64,000 nt of DNA from positions 1 through 64,000 of the forward strand of contig DAOORA010000018.1 in the NCBI GenBank assembly GCA_035389045.1, written 5' to 3'. The notes beneath the pieces are model-generated. The model worked only from the letters and a program-made list of their open reading frames with translations. It made no database searches and was not told where the DNA came from. Origin of the DNA: Bacteroidales bacterium (GTDB lineage: Bacteria > Bacteroidota > Bacteroidia > Bacteroidales > CAIWKO01). Shown here piece after piece: positions 10,067 to 19,905 of the stretch (positions within the stretch are counted from its first letter, which is position 1; every line of letters starts with the position of its first letter). Position numbers and translations under genes: made by a program.

Positions 10067-12901
10067 ATGCCAGTAAATTATACCAGAATAGTCTTTTTTC
10101 TGTTTTTTTCGCTTTTATATATACACAATTTCGGACAAACCGGACGGCATTTCAAAATGCCAGCAGGAGTCTCAGATAAAGATTTTGTTAAGAACACGAT
10201 CATATTAAAAGTAAAACCGGAACATGCTTCTGTGTGCAAAGAGGATGAGATCAGCCTTTCTGAGTTCATCTCATTGTTTCAGCAAATGGATGTTATACGG
10301 GTTCAAAAAAAATTTCCCAAGATCGGCCCGCCAGAAAAAAGATATAATGCTCAGGGGCAAAAATTTGCTGATCTGTCTTTGATATATGAAATTGAATACC
10401 AGTCTGGAAATAATATTGAATCTTCAATTAATCAAATACTTTCCACAGGATTGGTTGAATATGCCCAGCCCCATTATATTCCGAAGCCGCTGGATTACGT
10501 GCCCAACGATCCGCTGATCACCAACCAATATCATCTGAACAAGATAAAAGCGTTCTCTGCCTGGGAAACGGTAAAAGGAGATACGAACATTGTTATCGGA
10601 ATCAGCGACTGGGGAACGGATATCTCTCATCCCGACTTATCGGGTAATATTAAATATAACCGTTCCGATCCGGTGGACGGTATTGATAATGATAATGACG
10701 GCTATACCGATAATTACCTGGGCTGGGATATGGGTGAAAACGACAATAATCCAACAGGGAATATCGCACACGGTACTTTTGTCGCAGGCTTGTCATCTGC
10801 CACCACAGATAATAATCTGGGTATTGCGGGCACAGGGTTTAATTGTAAGTTTTTGCCCGTTAAAGTATCCAACGCGAATGATGAAGGAACTATGTGTTAC
10901 GAAAGCATTGTTTATGCCGTGGAGCACGGATGCCGCATCGTGAATTGTTCGTGGGGCACCTCATTTTATGCGGGACAATATGGACAGGATGTGATCGATT
11001 ATGCAACAATTAACAAAGATGCCCTGGTGATCGCTGCCTGCGGAAACGACAACAACGACGCGCCATTTTTTCCCGCATCCTATAATTATGTGCTGAGTGT
11101 GTCGGCAACCACCAGCGCTGATACTAAAGCAAGTTTCTCAAGCTATGGCATTTATGTTGACATTGCTGCTCCGGGAAACAATGTCTGGTCAACGGTTAGC
11201 GGAGGCACTTACAGCAGTTCCGGAGGGACGTCTTTTTCTTCCCCCATTACGGCAGGATGCGCGGCATTGATCAAAACGCTGTATCCTTCGCTTACCGCAT
11301 TACAAATCGGAGAAAAACTTAAAGTATCCGCAGATATTATTGATACCATACCCGCCAATGCTCCTTACAGGGATCTTCTGGGCTCCGGCAGGCTCAATAT
11401 GTATAACGCTATTTTCGATTCAGTGCATCCCTCCCTGGAAATGTATAATATCACTTATGAAAATAATGAACACGAACTATCCGCAAATCCTGACGACACT
11501 TTATTTCTCAGTGGGGATTTCATCAACTATCTGGCTCCCACCACACCTGATGCAAAAGTCACGATATCCTGTGTTTCCTCACATCTAAATATTATTGATT
11601 CTGTTTTTAATGTCGGTATGATTTCCACTTTGGGAACCACGTCCAATAGTTCCGATCCGTTCCGCTTCGTTGTTTTGCCCGGTGTACCGCTGAATGAAAA
11701 CCTGATTTTCAAAATTACCTTTTCGGACAGCAATTATCATGCTATACAACACTTTTGTATTCTTGCCAATAAGGATTATATTGATATTGACACGAATAGA
11801 ATTGCTACTTCCCTCACCAGCGACGGGGTTTTGGGGTATGTGAACGGAAACAGCCTTCAGGGGCTGGGCTTTCGCTATGACAACGGGGAAACAATGATTT
11901 ATTCCGGTGGCTTTATCATTGGAAAATCCTCTTCACAGGTTTCTGATGTAATTTATGGTGATGCCGGTGGCTACGATCATGATTTTGCAGTGGTATCTTC
12001 CCTGAAAAGGGTTTTCCCGCCGCTTGTGTCCGATTTCGATGTTCAGGGAATATTCAATGATTCAAATGCGATGGCGTCCAGGATCAATGTTAATATTATT
12101 CAGCGGGCATATGCATGGAAAGAAGCCCCATACGATAAATTCGTCATCCTCGAATATACCATTATCAATAAAAATGTCTATCCCCTCACAGGAATTTATG
12201 CAGGCCTGTTTGCCGATTGGGATATTGAATACTCCAAATCAAACCGTATCGACTATGATGCGGCTTCCAAAACCGGCTATTGTTTTTCTTCCGGGGGCAG
12301 TGATTATGCCGGAATTACATTAATATCTGAAGGGGTGCCTTATCTTTATGCTTTTGATAACGATGGAGCCAACGGAAGTATAAAGCTCACCGATGGGTTC
12401 ACCGGCAGCGAGAAATACACCGCATTGAAAACTACCCGAAACACAGCCGGACTGTCGGGTAATGGCAATGATGTTTCGGAAATGCTCAGTTCCGGACCTT
12501 ATACCCTAGCTGCCGGGGATTCGGTCAGGGTTGTCTTTGCACTCCTGGCCGGAGATCATTTGGGTGACCTGCAGAGCAGCGCTGCAGCCGCAAAACAGGT
12601 ATATTACCCTACCGGGATCGGAACAGCAGAAGCCGAAAATAACGACGTTGTGTTATTCCAGAATCAACCGAATCCTTTTTATGAGCAGACACGGATTTCC
12701 TTTTATTTAAATAAAAAGTCGCATGTTAAATTATCATATTACAATATTTCAGGGAATGGCATGGAAATCGTTGCTGAAAAGGTGTTTGACAAAGGCTTAC
12801 ATTGTCTTACCCTGTCAAAGGATCTGAATCCCGGAATTTATATATACTCCTTAGCCGGCGATGGATTTTGTCTGAAAAAGAAAATGTGTGTAATAAAATA
12901 A
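10067..12901 (+). CDS. S8 (subtilisin-like) serine peptidase with T9SS type A CTD
   Basis: Catalytic triad ISDWG / HGTFVAG / GTSFSSP; oxyanion AACGN; C-terminal QNQPNPF...PGIYIY. Confidence 0.9.
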   Translation: MPVNYTRIVFFLFFSLLYIHNFGQTGRHFKMPAGVSDKDFVKNTIILKVKPEHASVCKEDEISLSEFISLFQQMDVIRVQKKFPKIGPPEKRYNAQGQKFADLSLIYEIEYQSGNNIESSINQILSTGLVEYAQPHYIPKPLDYVPNDPLITNQYHLNKIKAFSAWETVKGDTNIVIGISDWGTDISHPDLSGNIKYNRSDPVDGIDNDNDGYTDNYLGWDMGENDNNPTGNIAHGTFVAGLSSATTDNNLGIAGTGFNCKFLPVKVSNANDEGTMCYESIVYAVEHGCRIVNCSWGTSFYAGQYGQDVIDYATINKDALVIAACGNDNNDAPFFPASYNYVLSVSATTSADTKASFSSYGIYVDIAAPGNNVWSTVSGGTYSSSGGTSFSSPITAGCAALIKTLYPSLTALQIGEKLKVSADIIDTIPANAPYRDLLGSGRLNMYNAIFDSVHPSLEMYNITYENNEHELSANPDDTLFLSGDFINYLAPTTPDAKVTISCVSSHLNIIDSVFNVGMISTLGTTSNSSDPFRFVVLPGVPLNENLIFKITFSDSNYHAIQHFCILANKDYIDIDTNRIATSLTSDGVLGYVNGNSLQGLGFRYDNGETMIYSGGFIIGKSSSQVSDVIYGDAGGYDHDFAVVSSLKRVFPPLVSDFDVQGIFNDSNAMASRINVNIIQRAYAWKEAPYDKFVILEYTIINKNVYPLTGIYAGLFADWDIEYSKSNRIDYDAASKTGYCFSSGGSDYAGITLISEGVPYLYAFDNDGANGSIKLTDGFTGSEKYTALKTTRNTAGLSGNGNDVSEMLSSGPYTLAAGDSVRVVFALLAGDHLGDLQSSAAAAKQVYYPTGIGTAEAENNDVVLFQNQPNPFYEQTRISFYLNKKSHVKLSYYNISGNGMEIVAEKVFDKGLHCLTLSKDLNPGIYIYSLAGDGFCLKKKMCVIK

Positions 12902-12936
12902 TTTTTATTTTTGTGAGTTAAATAATCACAGACCTT

Positions 12937-13068
12937 ATGAAAATCAAAATCATTATAGTATCCCTTATGTTACTGATGGTGACCGTATTGTGTTTTTCGT
13001 GCCAATCGAGCAGATGCAACGGTATGCAATACCACAACAGCGATGTAAAACGGGGCCTTGCCCATTAA
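12937..13068 (+). CDS. 43-aa small lipoprotein (not in ORF track)
   Basis: MKIKIIIVSLMLLMVTVLCFSCQSSRCNGMQYHNSDVKRGLAH*; lipoprotein-type signal ending FSC; followed immediately by a terminator. Confidence 0.65.
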   Translation: MKIKIIIVSLMLLMVTVLCFSCQSSRCNGMQYHNSDVKRGLAH

Positions 13069-13071
13069 ATG

Positions 13072-13106
13072 AAAAAAAAAGACTGCTTACCGGCAGTCTT
13101 TTTTTG
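13072..13106. terminator. Bidirectional intrinsic terminator
   Basis: A-tract-GACTGC-ttaccg-GCAGTC-T-tract between converging genes. Confidence 0.85.
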
Positions 13107-13116
13107 GTATGTTATT

Positions 13117-14586
13117 TTACGCAAGATCTTTTTTTGGTGCGTTTTTCAATGTTTCTGTTAAAAAAGCCCAGAATTTACCGACTGACGCAATATTAACCTT
13201 TTCGGCGGGGGAATGTGGAAAATTGATGGTTGGCCCGAAAGAGATCATATCCCAGTTTTTGTAAACACCGCCCAGCAATCCGCATTCGAGACCTGCGTGA
13301 ATGGCTCCGATATGTGGTTTGTTGCCGAATTGTTTTTCATAAGCGGCAAGCATTTCCTTCAGGATCGGGGAATCCAGGTTGGGTTTCCAGCCGGGGTATT
13401 TACCATCAAACACATATTCGGCACAGGCAAGGGAATAAACACCGGCGAACATATTTTCAAGATCGTCCTTGGCGCTGTCAACAGAACTTCTAAGCAGGCA
13501 CATGACATCGATGATGCCGTCGTGCGACCTGACAATAGCAAGGTTGGTCGAAGTTTCAACCAGCCCCTTCATGTCCTGGCTCATGCGTATAACACCATTC
13601 GGAGTGGCATAGATGGCATTCAGCAAATTATTGGTGGTTACATTGTCAATGATGGTTTTGGGTAAATCAACCGGCTCCGCAATGATTGTAATTCCATCTT
13701 CAACATTTTTATATTCGTTGATGACCGTGGCTGCAAAATCTTTGATGAACTGCTGGAATGTTGCAACATTGGCCTTGGGTAATGTTATAACAGCAAACGA
13801 TTCACGCGGTATGGCATTGCGAAGACTGCCGCCGTCGATAGCCGACAAACGCAAGCCAAGATTATTGTAGGCATACCATAAAATACGGTTGAGCAGTTTG
13901 TTTGAATTTGCTCTTTCCAGGTGAATATCTACCCCCGAATGTCCGCCCTTCAATCCTTTAACAGAGATCTTCAGCGCCTGAACGTCGCCTGCCACCGGCT
14001 TTTCGGTATATTGAAATTTTATATTTGCATTGGTGCCTCCGGCACATCCCACGCACAGGTCGCCTTCTTCTTCAGTGTCCAGGTTCATAAGTATATCTCC
14101 TTTCAACAAACCGTGTTTCAGCCCGAAAGCTCCGGTCATGCCGGTTTCTTCATCAACGGTAAGAAGCAGCTCCAGTGGCCCGTGTACAAGGTCGGTGGCT
14201 TCGAAAACTGCCATACCTGCAGCCATCCCGATCCCGTTGTCGGCGCCCAGCGTGGTTCCTGTGGCAGTGACCCATTCGCCATCTATACGGGGCTTTATGG
14301 GATCGGTCAGAAAATCGTGTTTAACATCCGAATTGGCTTGAGGAACCATGTCCAGATGTGCCTGGAGGATGATGCCCTTACGGTCTTCCATGCCCGGTGT
14401 GGCAGGTTTGCGCAAAATAACATTGCCCACTTCATCAACATAGCTTTCAATTGCATGTTCTTTAGCCCATGCAAGAACATGTTCCCTGATTTTTTCTTCA
14501 TGCTTCGAAGGATGAGGTATACTGCATATATCCTCGAAATGTTTCCATAGTGAATGTGGTTCTAAATTAATTAATACATTTCCCAT
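13117..14586 (-). CDS. pepD: Aminoacyl-histidine dipeptidase (M20C)
   Basis: LQAHLDMV, TTLGADNGIG, TVDEETGM, GGHSG, IHAGLECG. Confidence 0.95.
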   Translation of the reverse strand: MGNVLINLEPHSLWKHFEDICSIPHPSKHEEKIREHVLAWAKEHAIESYVDEVGNVILRKPATPGMEDRKGIILQAHLDMVPQANSDVKHDFLTDPIKPRIDGEWVTATGTTLGADNGIGMAAGMAVFEATDLVHGPLELLLTVDEETGMTGAFGLKHGLLKGDILMNLDTEEEGDLCVGCAGGTNANIKFQYTEKPVAGDVQALKISVKGLKGGHSGVDIHLERANSNKLLNRILWYAYNNLGLRLSAIDGGSLRNAIPRESFAVITLPKANVATFQQFIKDFAATVINEYKNVEDGITIIAEPVDLPKTIIDNVTTNNLLNAIYATPNGVIRMSQDMKGLVETSTNLAIVRSHDGIIDVMCLLRSSVDSAKDDLENMFAGVYSLACAEYVFDGKYPGWKPNLDSPILKEMLAAYEKQFGNKPHIGAIHAGLECGLLGGVYKNWDMISFGPTINFPHSPAEKVNIASVGKFWAFLTETLKNAPKKDLA

Positions 14587-14632
14587 TTTCTTATACGTTT
14601 TAAGTTAATAATAAATCAGCTTACTGCAGCAA

Positions 14633-14640
14633 CAAATATA
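14633..14640 (-). promoter_or_regulatory. -7 box (TATATTTG) upstream of pepD
   Basis: Reverse complement of caaatata matches TAnnTTTG. Confidence 0.5.
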
Positions 14641-14692
14641 AGAATTATAAAATGATCCAATGAACTATTTTTATAAAAAAAACATGGCACAT

Positions 14693-14720
14693 ACAACCTT
14701 TTTAATATTTTTATTGTCTA
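14693..14720 (+). promoter_or_regulatory. Candidate ECF-type autoregulatory promoter (CAACC-N17-GTCT)
   Basis: AAC-containing -35 and GTC-containing -10, just upstream of the ECF sigma ATG at 14735. Confidence 0.5.
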
Positions 14721-14734
14721 AAAAAACATCATAG

Positions 14735-15286
14735 ATGAGCCTTGATAAAAATATTATAGAGGGCTGTATTGCCGGAAACAGAAAGGCGCAAAAGTTCCTC
14801 TTTGAGAAATACAAGTCATCTATGTTAGGCGTATGTTTGAGGTATTGTAAAAGCAAAGATGAGGCAGAAGATGTACTGATGGAGGCATTTATGACGATCC
14901 TTTCCCAGATACACTCGTACCGGGGTGATGGGTCGATTGACCAATGGATAAGGAGGGTTGTCGTAAATACATCTATCAATAATTACCGGAAAAATCTGAA
15001 GCATTATTTTCATGCCGACATCGATAATGTGAATGAAACAGATATTGACGAGGACATAAGTTTTGAAATTGACGATAAACAATCTGTGGAAGCGATCATG
15101 AATGCAATACAGCAAATGCCTGATGGATACAGAATAGTACTGAATATGTATGTCGTGGAAGGATATAAACATAAGGAAATCGCGGAAATGCTGAACATAT
15201 CGATAGGCACCTCCAAATCGCAATTATCAAAAGCTCGGAAAATCATACAGGAGAAGTTGTCAAAAAACAGCAAAAGAGTCAAATGA
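14735..15286 (+). CDS. ECF RNA polymerase sigma factor
   Basis: EAEDVLMEAF, WIRRVVVN, region 4 YKHKEIAEMLNISIGTSKSQLSKAR. Confidence 0.93.
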   Translation: MSLDKNIIEGCIAGNRKAQKFLFEKYKSSMLGVCLRYCKSKDEAEDVLMEAFMTILSQIHSYRGDGSIDQWIRRVVVNTSINNYRKNLKHYFHADIDNVNETDIDEDISFEIDDKQSVEAIMNAIQQMPDGYRIVLNMYVVEGYKHKEIAEMLNISIGTSKSQLSKARKIIQEKLSKNSKRVK

Positions 15287-16233
15287 ACAAAATATCAAAC
15301 AACGGTCAGGGGAATTTTGATGATTATCTTAGAAATATGCTGGATAATTATCAGCCGGATGTTTCTTCAAACCTATGGGATGCGCTTAAACTGAAATTAT
15401 TTAAAAAGGATGTTCTTGATTTTGTCTCTTTTAAAAAATTAAAACGCTCGTTCAGTTCACAGAAGTCAATAGGTGCAGCACAGATAAAGGTACTGGTAGG
15501 TTATGCAGTCGCCGCATGCTTTACCGTTGCTATGGTCTTTGGCGCCAATTACATATATAAAAATGTTATTTCAGACAAACCGGATAAAAAAGTTAACCAT
15601 GGACGGACTGTGGCGCCCCTTATAAAACCGGATCTACCTGTTTTCAATGATACGCAGGTAAGTGTTGCCCCTCAAAATATCCCTGTTGTTTCCGAGCCGC
15701 TGAGGCCAAAAGAAATAACATCCGTATCTGCAGTCAATCGTGATGACCAAAAATCTATGATCAAAAAGGAAAATGCTGTTGAACCAGAAGGTATGGAAAA
15801 AACAGATAAGGCCGGTACCCACGCCCAACTCATTGACTACATCGACAGGGTAAATTCCAAAGACAAAACCGTAAATGAGGAGGCTGATGTAGTGGAATAT
15901 CCTGAAATTGTTGAATTAGATATCGATGAAAATACAGAGCTAAAACCTGAAGATAACGATACGTATGCATATAATCTGGAAATCCCCAATGTCTTTACAC
16001 CCAATGGCGACGGGTTCAATGATTATTTCGTGATCAGGAATCTTGACAAATACCCGGTGAATTCCCTGACCATCGCCGACCGTAACGGCAAAGTAGTTTA
16101 TGAAGTGACAAACTACCAAAACAAATGGGATGCCCGTGATCTGAATGCCGGAACTTATTATTACATATTAAGTTATAAAGACAGCCGGAAAAATCAGGGA
16201 ATGATCAAAGGGATCATTTCGGTCGTGAGATGA
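15283..16233 (+). CDS. Membrane-anchored putative anti-sigma with gliding-motility (T9SS type B) C-terminal domain
   Basis: Overlaps the sigma stop (ATGA). N-terminal FDDYLRNML..QP....LWDALK, one TM segment, C-terminal IPNVFTPNGDGFNDYF...GTYYYIL. Confidence 0.7.
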   Translation: MNKISNNGQGNFDDYLRNMLDNYQPDVSSNLWDALKLKLFKKDVLDFVSFKKLKRSFSSQKSIGAAQIKVLVGYAVAACFTVAMVFGANYIYKNVISDKPDKKVNHGRTVAPLIKPDLPVFNDTQVSVAPQNIPVVSEPLRPKEITSVSAVNRDDQKSMIKKENAVEPEGMEKTDKAGTHAQLIDYIDRVNSKDKTVNEEADVVEYPEIVELDIDENTELKPEDNDTYAYNLEIPNVFTPNGDGFNDYFVIRNLDKYPVNSLTIADRNGKVVYEVTNYQNKWDARDLNAGTYYYILSYKDSRKNQGMIKGIISVVR

Positions 16234-16234
16234 T

Positions 16235-16621
16235 TTATTCTTTGTTTCCAAACTTCTCAATTTCTGCAAAGGTGATATATCTTCCTTCGTACAGCATGGT
16301 CAGGAATTTGGTAACCCTCTGTTCCACGGGCATGATCTTGTTCCCATGCATCTCAAAAACTTTTTGGCAGATATCGGCTACTTTTCTTTGTCCGTCAATA
16401 TTGAGCCATACAGCAGTGCCCAGTTCGTCCAGTGCAATCTTAAAAAAACGTTTCCGCGCTCCCAGCAAAAAATTATTGAGTTTTTCATTTTTAAATTTAG
16501 GAACTACCAGGGTTACAAGTCCGTTCACCGCTGTTTCAAAATCGCACGACCTTATCGGTGTTGCTTCCATATAATTCAGCTTTTTAAGAATGCTGCGCCT
16601 TTGAAAAAAATTTAATGCCAC
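16235..16621 (-). CDS. PqqD-family (RRE-like) protein
   Basis: IALDELGTAVWLNIDGQRKVADIC...RVTKFLTMLYEGRYI. Confidence 0.75.
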   Translation of the reverse strand: MALNFFQRRSILKKLNYMEATPIRSCDFETAVNGLVTLVVPKFKNEKLNNFLLGARKRFFKIALDELGTAVWLNIDGQRKVADICQKVFEMHGNKIMPVEQRVTKFLTMLYEGRYITFAEIEKFGNKE

Positions 16622-16648
16622 CTTATATATTATTAATTTATAATAAAA

Positions 16649-17536
16649 TTATTGTATTACCATACGTGCTTTGGCCTTTATGTAGGCAGCTTTTCCTGCT
16701 TCTATCAACTCTTTTGCTTTATAAAATTCAAAAGTAGACGCGGCATCCCTTGATATTTCTACGCCGATATCCGGAGGTTGTTGTTTGACAGTGAGGTTGC
16801 ATATTCTGTCTATCATAATGTCGATAGATTTATCCATGACAGAAAGATAACCGGGCATACCTTCGGGTTTTTTCTCACCTGAAAATAAGTTAAAATGTTT
16901 TTTAGCATAGTTCCAGGCTTTGCGTTTAAACGAAAACTCCCTGTCCGGCCGAGGTACATATATATAATCCGGTTTTTCATACGGAATATTGGCATTGACG
17001 TCTACCACAACCATAATATCATTATCAGAGCGTTTTACGCAGTTTGCGGGGACAGGATTAATAACTCCGCCATCCACCAGAATCATGTCTTTGTATAATA
17101 CTGGTGTTATTACGGTGGGAATAGCAACAGATGACCGGATCGCTAAAATCAGGTTGCCCTGGTCAAAAACAATTTCCTGTTTTTTACTTATATCGGTGGC
17201 AACCACCGACAATGGTATCGGTAGTTCCCCGAATGTTTTAACACCGATGAAATCTTCAATTATCTTAAACAGTTTTTCGGCTTTGATAAAGCCTTGCCCT
17301 GTAAGCGTGAAATCTATAAGGTCGTAAACATCGACCTCGTCCAGCGAACACACCCATTCTTTAAAAGGGATCAGGTTGCCGGAGGCATAGATTCCGCCGA
17401 TCAGCGATCCAATAGATGCTCCGGAAATTGATCCTATCTCGTATCCGTCATTCAGCAACTCTTCGATCACACCGATATGCGCCAGCCCCCGGCATCCGCC
17501 GCTCGACAATACCAATGCCACTTTTTTATTCATCAT
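16649..17536 (-). CDS. Patatin-like phospholipase (RssA-like)
   Basis: SGGCRGLAHIG, GASIG nucleophile, LVDGG. Start likely 17536 or 17533. Confidence 0.9.
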   Translation of the reverse strand: MMNKKVALVLSSGGCRGLAHIGVIEELLNDGYEIGSISGASIGSLIGGIYASGNLIPFKEWVCSLDEVDVYDLIDFTLTGQGFIKAEKLFKIIEDFIGVKTFGELPIPLSVVATDISKKQEIVFDQGNLILAIRSSVAIPTVITPVLYKDMILVDGGVINPVPANCVKRSDNDIMVVVDVNANIPYEKPDYIYVPRPDREFSFKRKAWNYAKKHFNLFSGEKKPEGMPGYLSVMDKSIDIMIDRICNLTVKQQPPDIGVEISRDAASTFEFYKAKELIEAGKAAYIKAKARMVIQ

Positions 17537-17549
17537 GTAAAGATAAAAA

Positions 17550-17717
17550 AAAGAGGCTGTCTCAGAATCACTTTGTGCAACTTTGTGCAACCCTTTGAGT
17601 TAATTGTGGTAAATATAAGTAATTGAATCACAAAGGATCACCAAGTACACACTCAATCCGCAGTGGCGGACACTAAGGCAAAATACAAATAAATTTTGCC
17701 ATAGTGACAGCCTCTTT
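17550..17717. repeat. 168-bp element bounded by a 12-bp inverted repeat (AAAGAGGCTGTC / GACAGCCTCTTT); MITE/REP-like
   Basis: Perfect terminal inverted repeat; internal tandem CTTTGTGCAA x2 and palindrome TCCGC-agtg-GCGGA. Confidence 0.55.
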
Positions 17718-17722
17718 ATTTT

Positions 17723-19795
17723 TTAGAAATTTCCGCTTGGTGGTGGCGGTTCATCGGCAGTGCCTTTGCTACGGATAGGAAGCCATATCATAACCACGCC
17801 GATCAGAGCAAGAACGATCAGGCTTACGGCGAAAGAAGGATTTGCAAAGATTGCAGGCGTTGAAATTCCAACGAAATAAAGTAAGGCGAATATTAGTCCC
17901 ATCAATGCTTCACCGGCGATAAATCCCGAAGCAAGCAGTACACCTGTATTTTCGGTGCGCACCGATTGTCCCAAAGAAAAGTTTTTGCGTTTTTGGATCA
18001 TTTCAACAATACCTTTTACAAGCCCTCCAAGAAAAATAGCAAAAGTGGTTTCTAATGGAAGATACATACCGACACTGACCAGCATCGGACTTTTTACCTG
18101 CATCAGAATAAAGGCGAGTCCCATAAGCATTCCGACAATGATGAGAGGCCATGCCATCTGACCACCTACGATACCCTTTGAAAGCATTGCCATTAGACTG
18201 GCCTGAGGAGCCGGAAGGTTTTTTGTGCCAAACCCACCGTCGTAGCCTTCTTTTACCCCTTTGGCAATATCACCTTCGTTCAGAATAACAAGCACGCCAA
18301 ACATAACAGCACCGGCAAGAATTACCCCGATAATATCACCAATCTGCATGCGCCAGGGCGTACCGCCGAGTATATGTCCGGCTTTCAGATCCTGAAGCAT
18401 CTCCCCTGCTACAGCAGCGGATACGCAAACGATAGCTGCAACGCCTAACACGGTAGCAACACCTTCGTCTTTTTCAACACCAAGGGCAAAGAGAATTAAT
18501 GCCGTTACAACCAGGGCTGTCAGAGTAAGACCGCTTATAGGATTGTTGCTTGAACCCATGATGCCGACCAAATAGCCTGATACTGCGGCAAATAAAAAGG
18601 CAAGTATTAATAACAAGGTTGCTGAAACTATTGAAACCAGCAGAGATGCATTAAAAATAAAAAAAGTGATACAAAATGTAAGTGCTGCAACAAAAAGAAT
18701 ACCTATGATTACCCAGGCAATAGAAATATCTTTGTCAATGCGGGCTGTAGCGGACTGTCCACCGGCAGCCTTACTCAAATCGCCGATAGCTCTCCTGATT
18801 CCTTCTATTAGGCTTTTACGCATTTTGAAAAGTGTAAAGCAGGCGCCCATGAGCATTCCACCAATAGCAATCGGCCTCACAATAAAGCGCCATACCTGTC
18901 CGATCTGAAATGTCGGATCGCTTACCCTGCTTATTGCGTCTTGTGTTGATAATGTCGGATCTTTTGCCCGCAGAATCTCTGCCCAGCTGGTCAGAAAACC
19001 CATATCTATGGAAGGGGCAATAAAATAATAAATGATTGGTGCAAGTAATCCCCAGGCAATCAAACCCCCGCTGAAGTTTAGCGCTCCCAGTTTCGGACCA
19101 ATGATATAACCAACGCCCATGTATGCGGGGCTTATTCCCGGAGAACTGAGCAACATCCCGCCCTGGCCATTAAAAGCAGTACCTGTAATTGTTGATTTAC
19201 CAAATGTGATGAACTTTTCCCATGTGGCAGCAAAAAATTTCATTTCACCTAATGCTTTTATCAATGCACCTCCAGCCATGGCGCCAAATAAAAACTTGGA
19301 ACCTCCGCCACCACGGCGTCCTGCTTTGTGGATTTCTGCTGCCGCTATCGATTCGGGGAATTTCAATTCCACATCATTAACCATCACACGTCGTAATAAT
19401 GCAACAAACATAATTCCCAGGATTCCTCCGGCAATTAAAATAAGTGTGGAAGTAACATAATGTCCAGGTGTAAAGAATGGATCCCATGTTCCTGCAATAA
19501 AGAATGCCGGCAAGGTAAAAATAGCGCCTGCAGCCACAGATTCTCCAATGGATCCTACGGTACGTGCAAAATTTTCTTCAAGTATTGAGCCTTTAACCAT
19601 TTTTAGTATGGCCATTCCGATGACAGCAGCTGGATAGGTTGCAGCAATGGTCATCCCGGCCTTTAAACCCAGGTAAGCATTTGCTGCCCCCAAAACCACC
19701 GCCATCACAAGGCCGATAACGAGCGCCCGTAGCGTGAACTCAGCCATATTGGTCTCAGACGACACAAAAGGCACAAATTTTTTCTGTTCAGACAT
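17723..19795 (-). CDS. OPT-family oligopeptide transporter
   Basis: EFTLRALVIG, ANAYLGLKAG, LQDLKAGH; many TM segments. Confidence 0.93.
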   Translation of the reverse strand: MSEQKKFVPFVSSETNMAEFTLRALVIGLVMAVVLGAANAYLGLKAGMTIAATYPAAVIGMAILKMVKGSILEENFARTVGSIGESVAAGAIFTLPAFFIAGTWDPFFTPGHYVTSTLILIAGGILGIMFVALLRRVMVNDVELKFPESIAAAEIHKAGRRGGGGSKFLFGAMAGGALIKALGEMKFFAATWEKFITFGKSTITGTAFNGQGGMLLSSPGISPAYMGVGYIIGPKLGALNFSGGLIAWGLLAPIIYYFIAPSIDMGFLTSWAEILRAKDPTLSTQDAISRVSDPTFQIGQVWRFIVRPIAIGGMLMGACFTLFKMRKSLIEGIRRAIGDLSKAAGGQSATARIDKDISIAWVIIGILFVAALTFCITFFIFNASLLVSIVSATLLLILAFLFAAVSGYLVGIMGSSNNPISGLTLTALVVTALILFALGVEKDEGVATVLGVAAIVCVSAAVAGEMLQDLKAGHILGGTPWRMQIGDIIGVILAGAVMFGVLVILNEGDIAKGVKEGYDGGFGTKNLPAPQASLMAMLSKGIVGGQMAWPLIIVGMLMGLAFILMQVKSPMLVSVGMYLPLETTFAIFLGGLVKGIVEMIQKRKNFSLGQSVRTENTGVLLASGFIAGEALMGLIFALLYFVGISTPAIFANPSFAVSLIVLALIGVVMIWLPIRSKGTADEPPPPSGNF

Positions 19796-19905
19796 AAAAA
19801 TTATAGTTTTAGTTATTAAATATTTTTTCAGAAATCTCCGCTAAAAATACAAATTATCTGAAAATTGCAAGTAAAATAAATATTAATTATCACCGGGAAG
19901 CCGAT

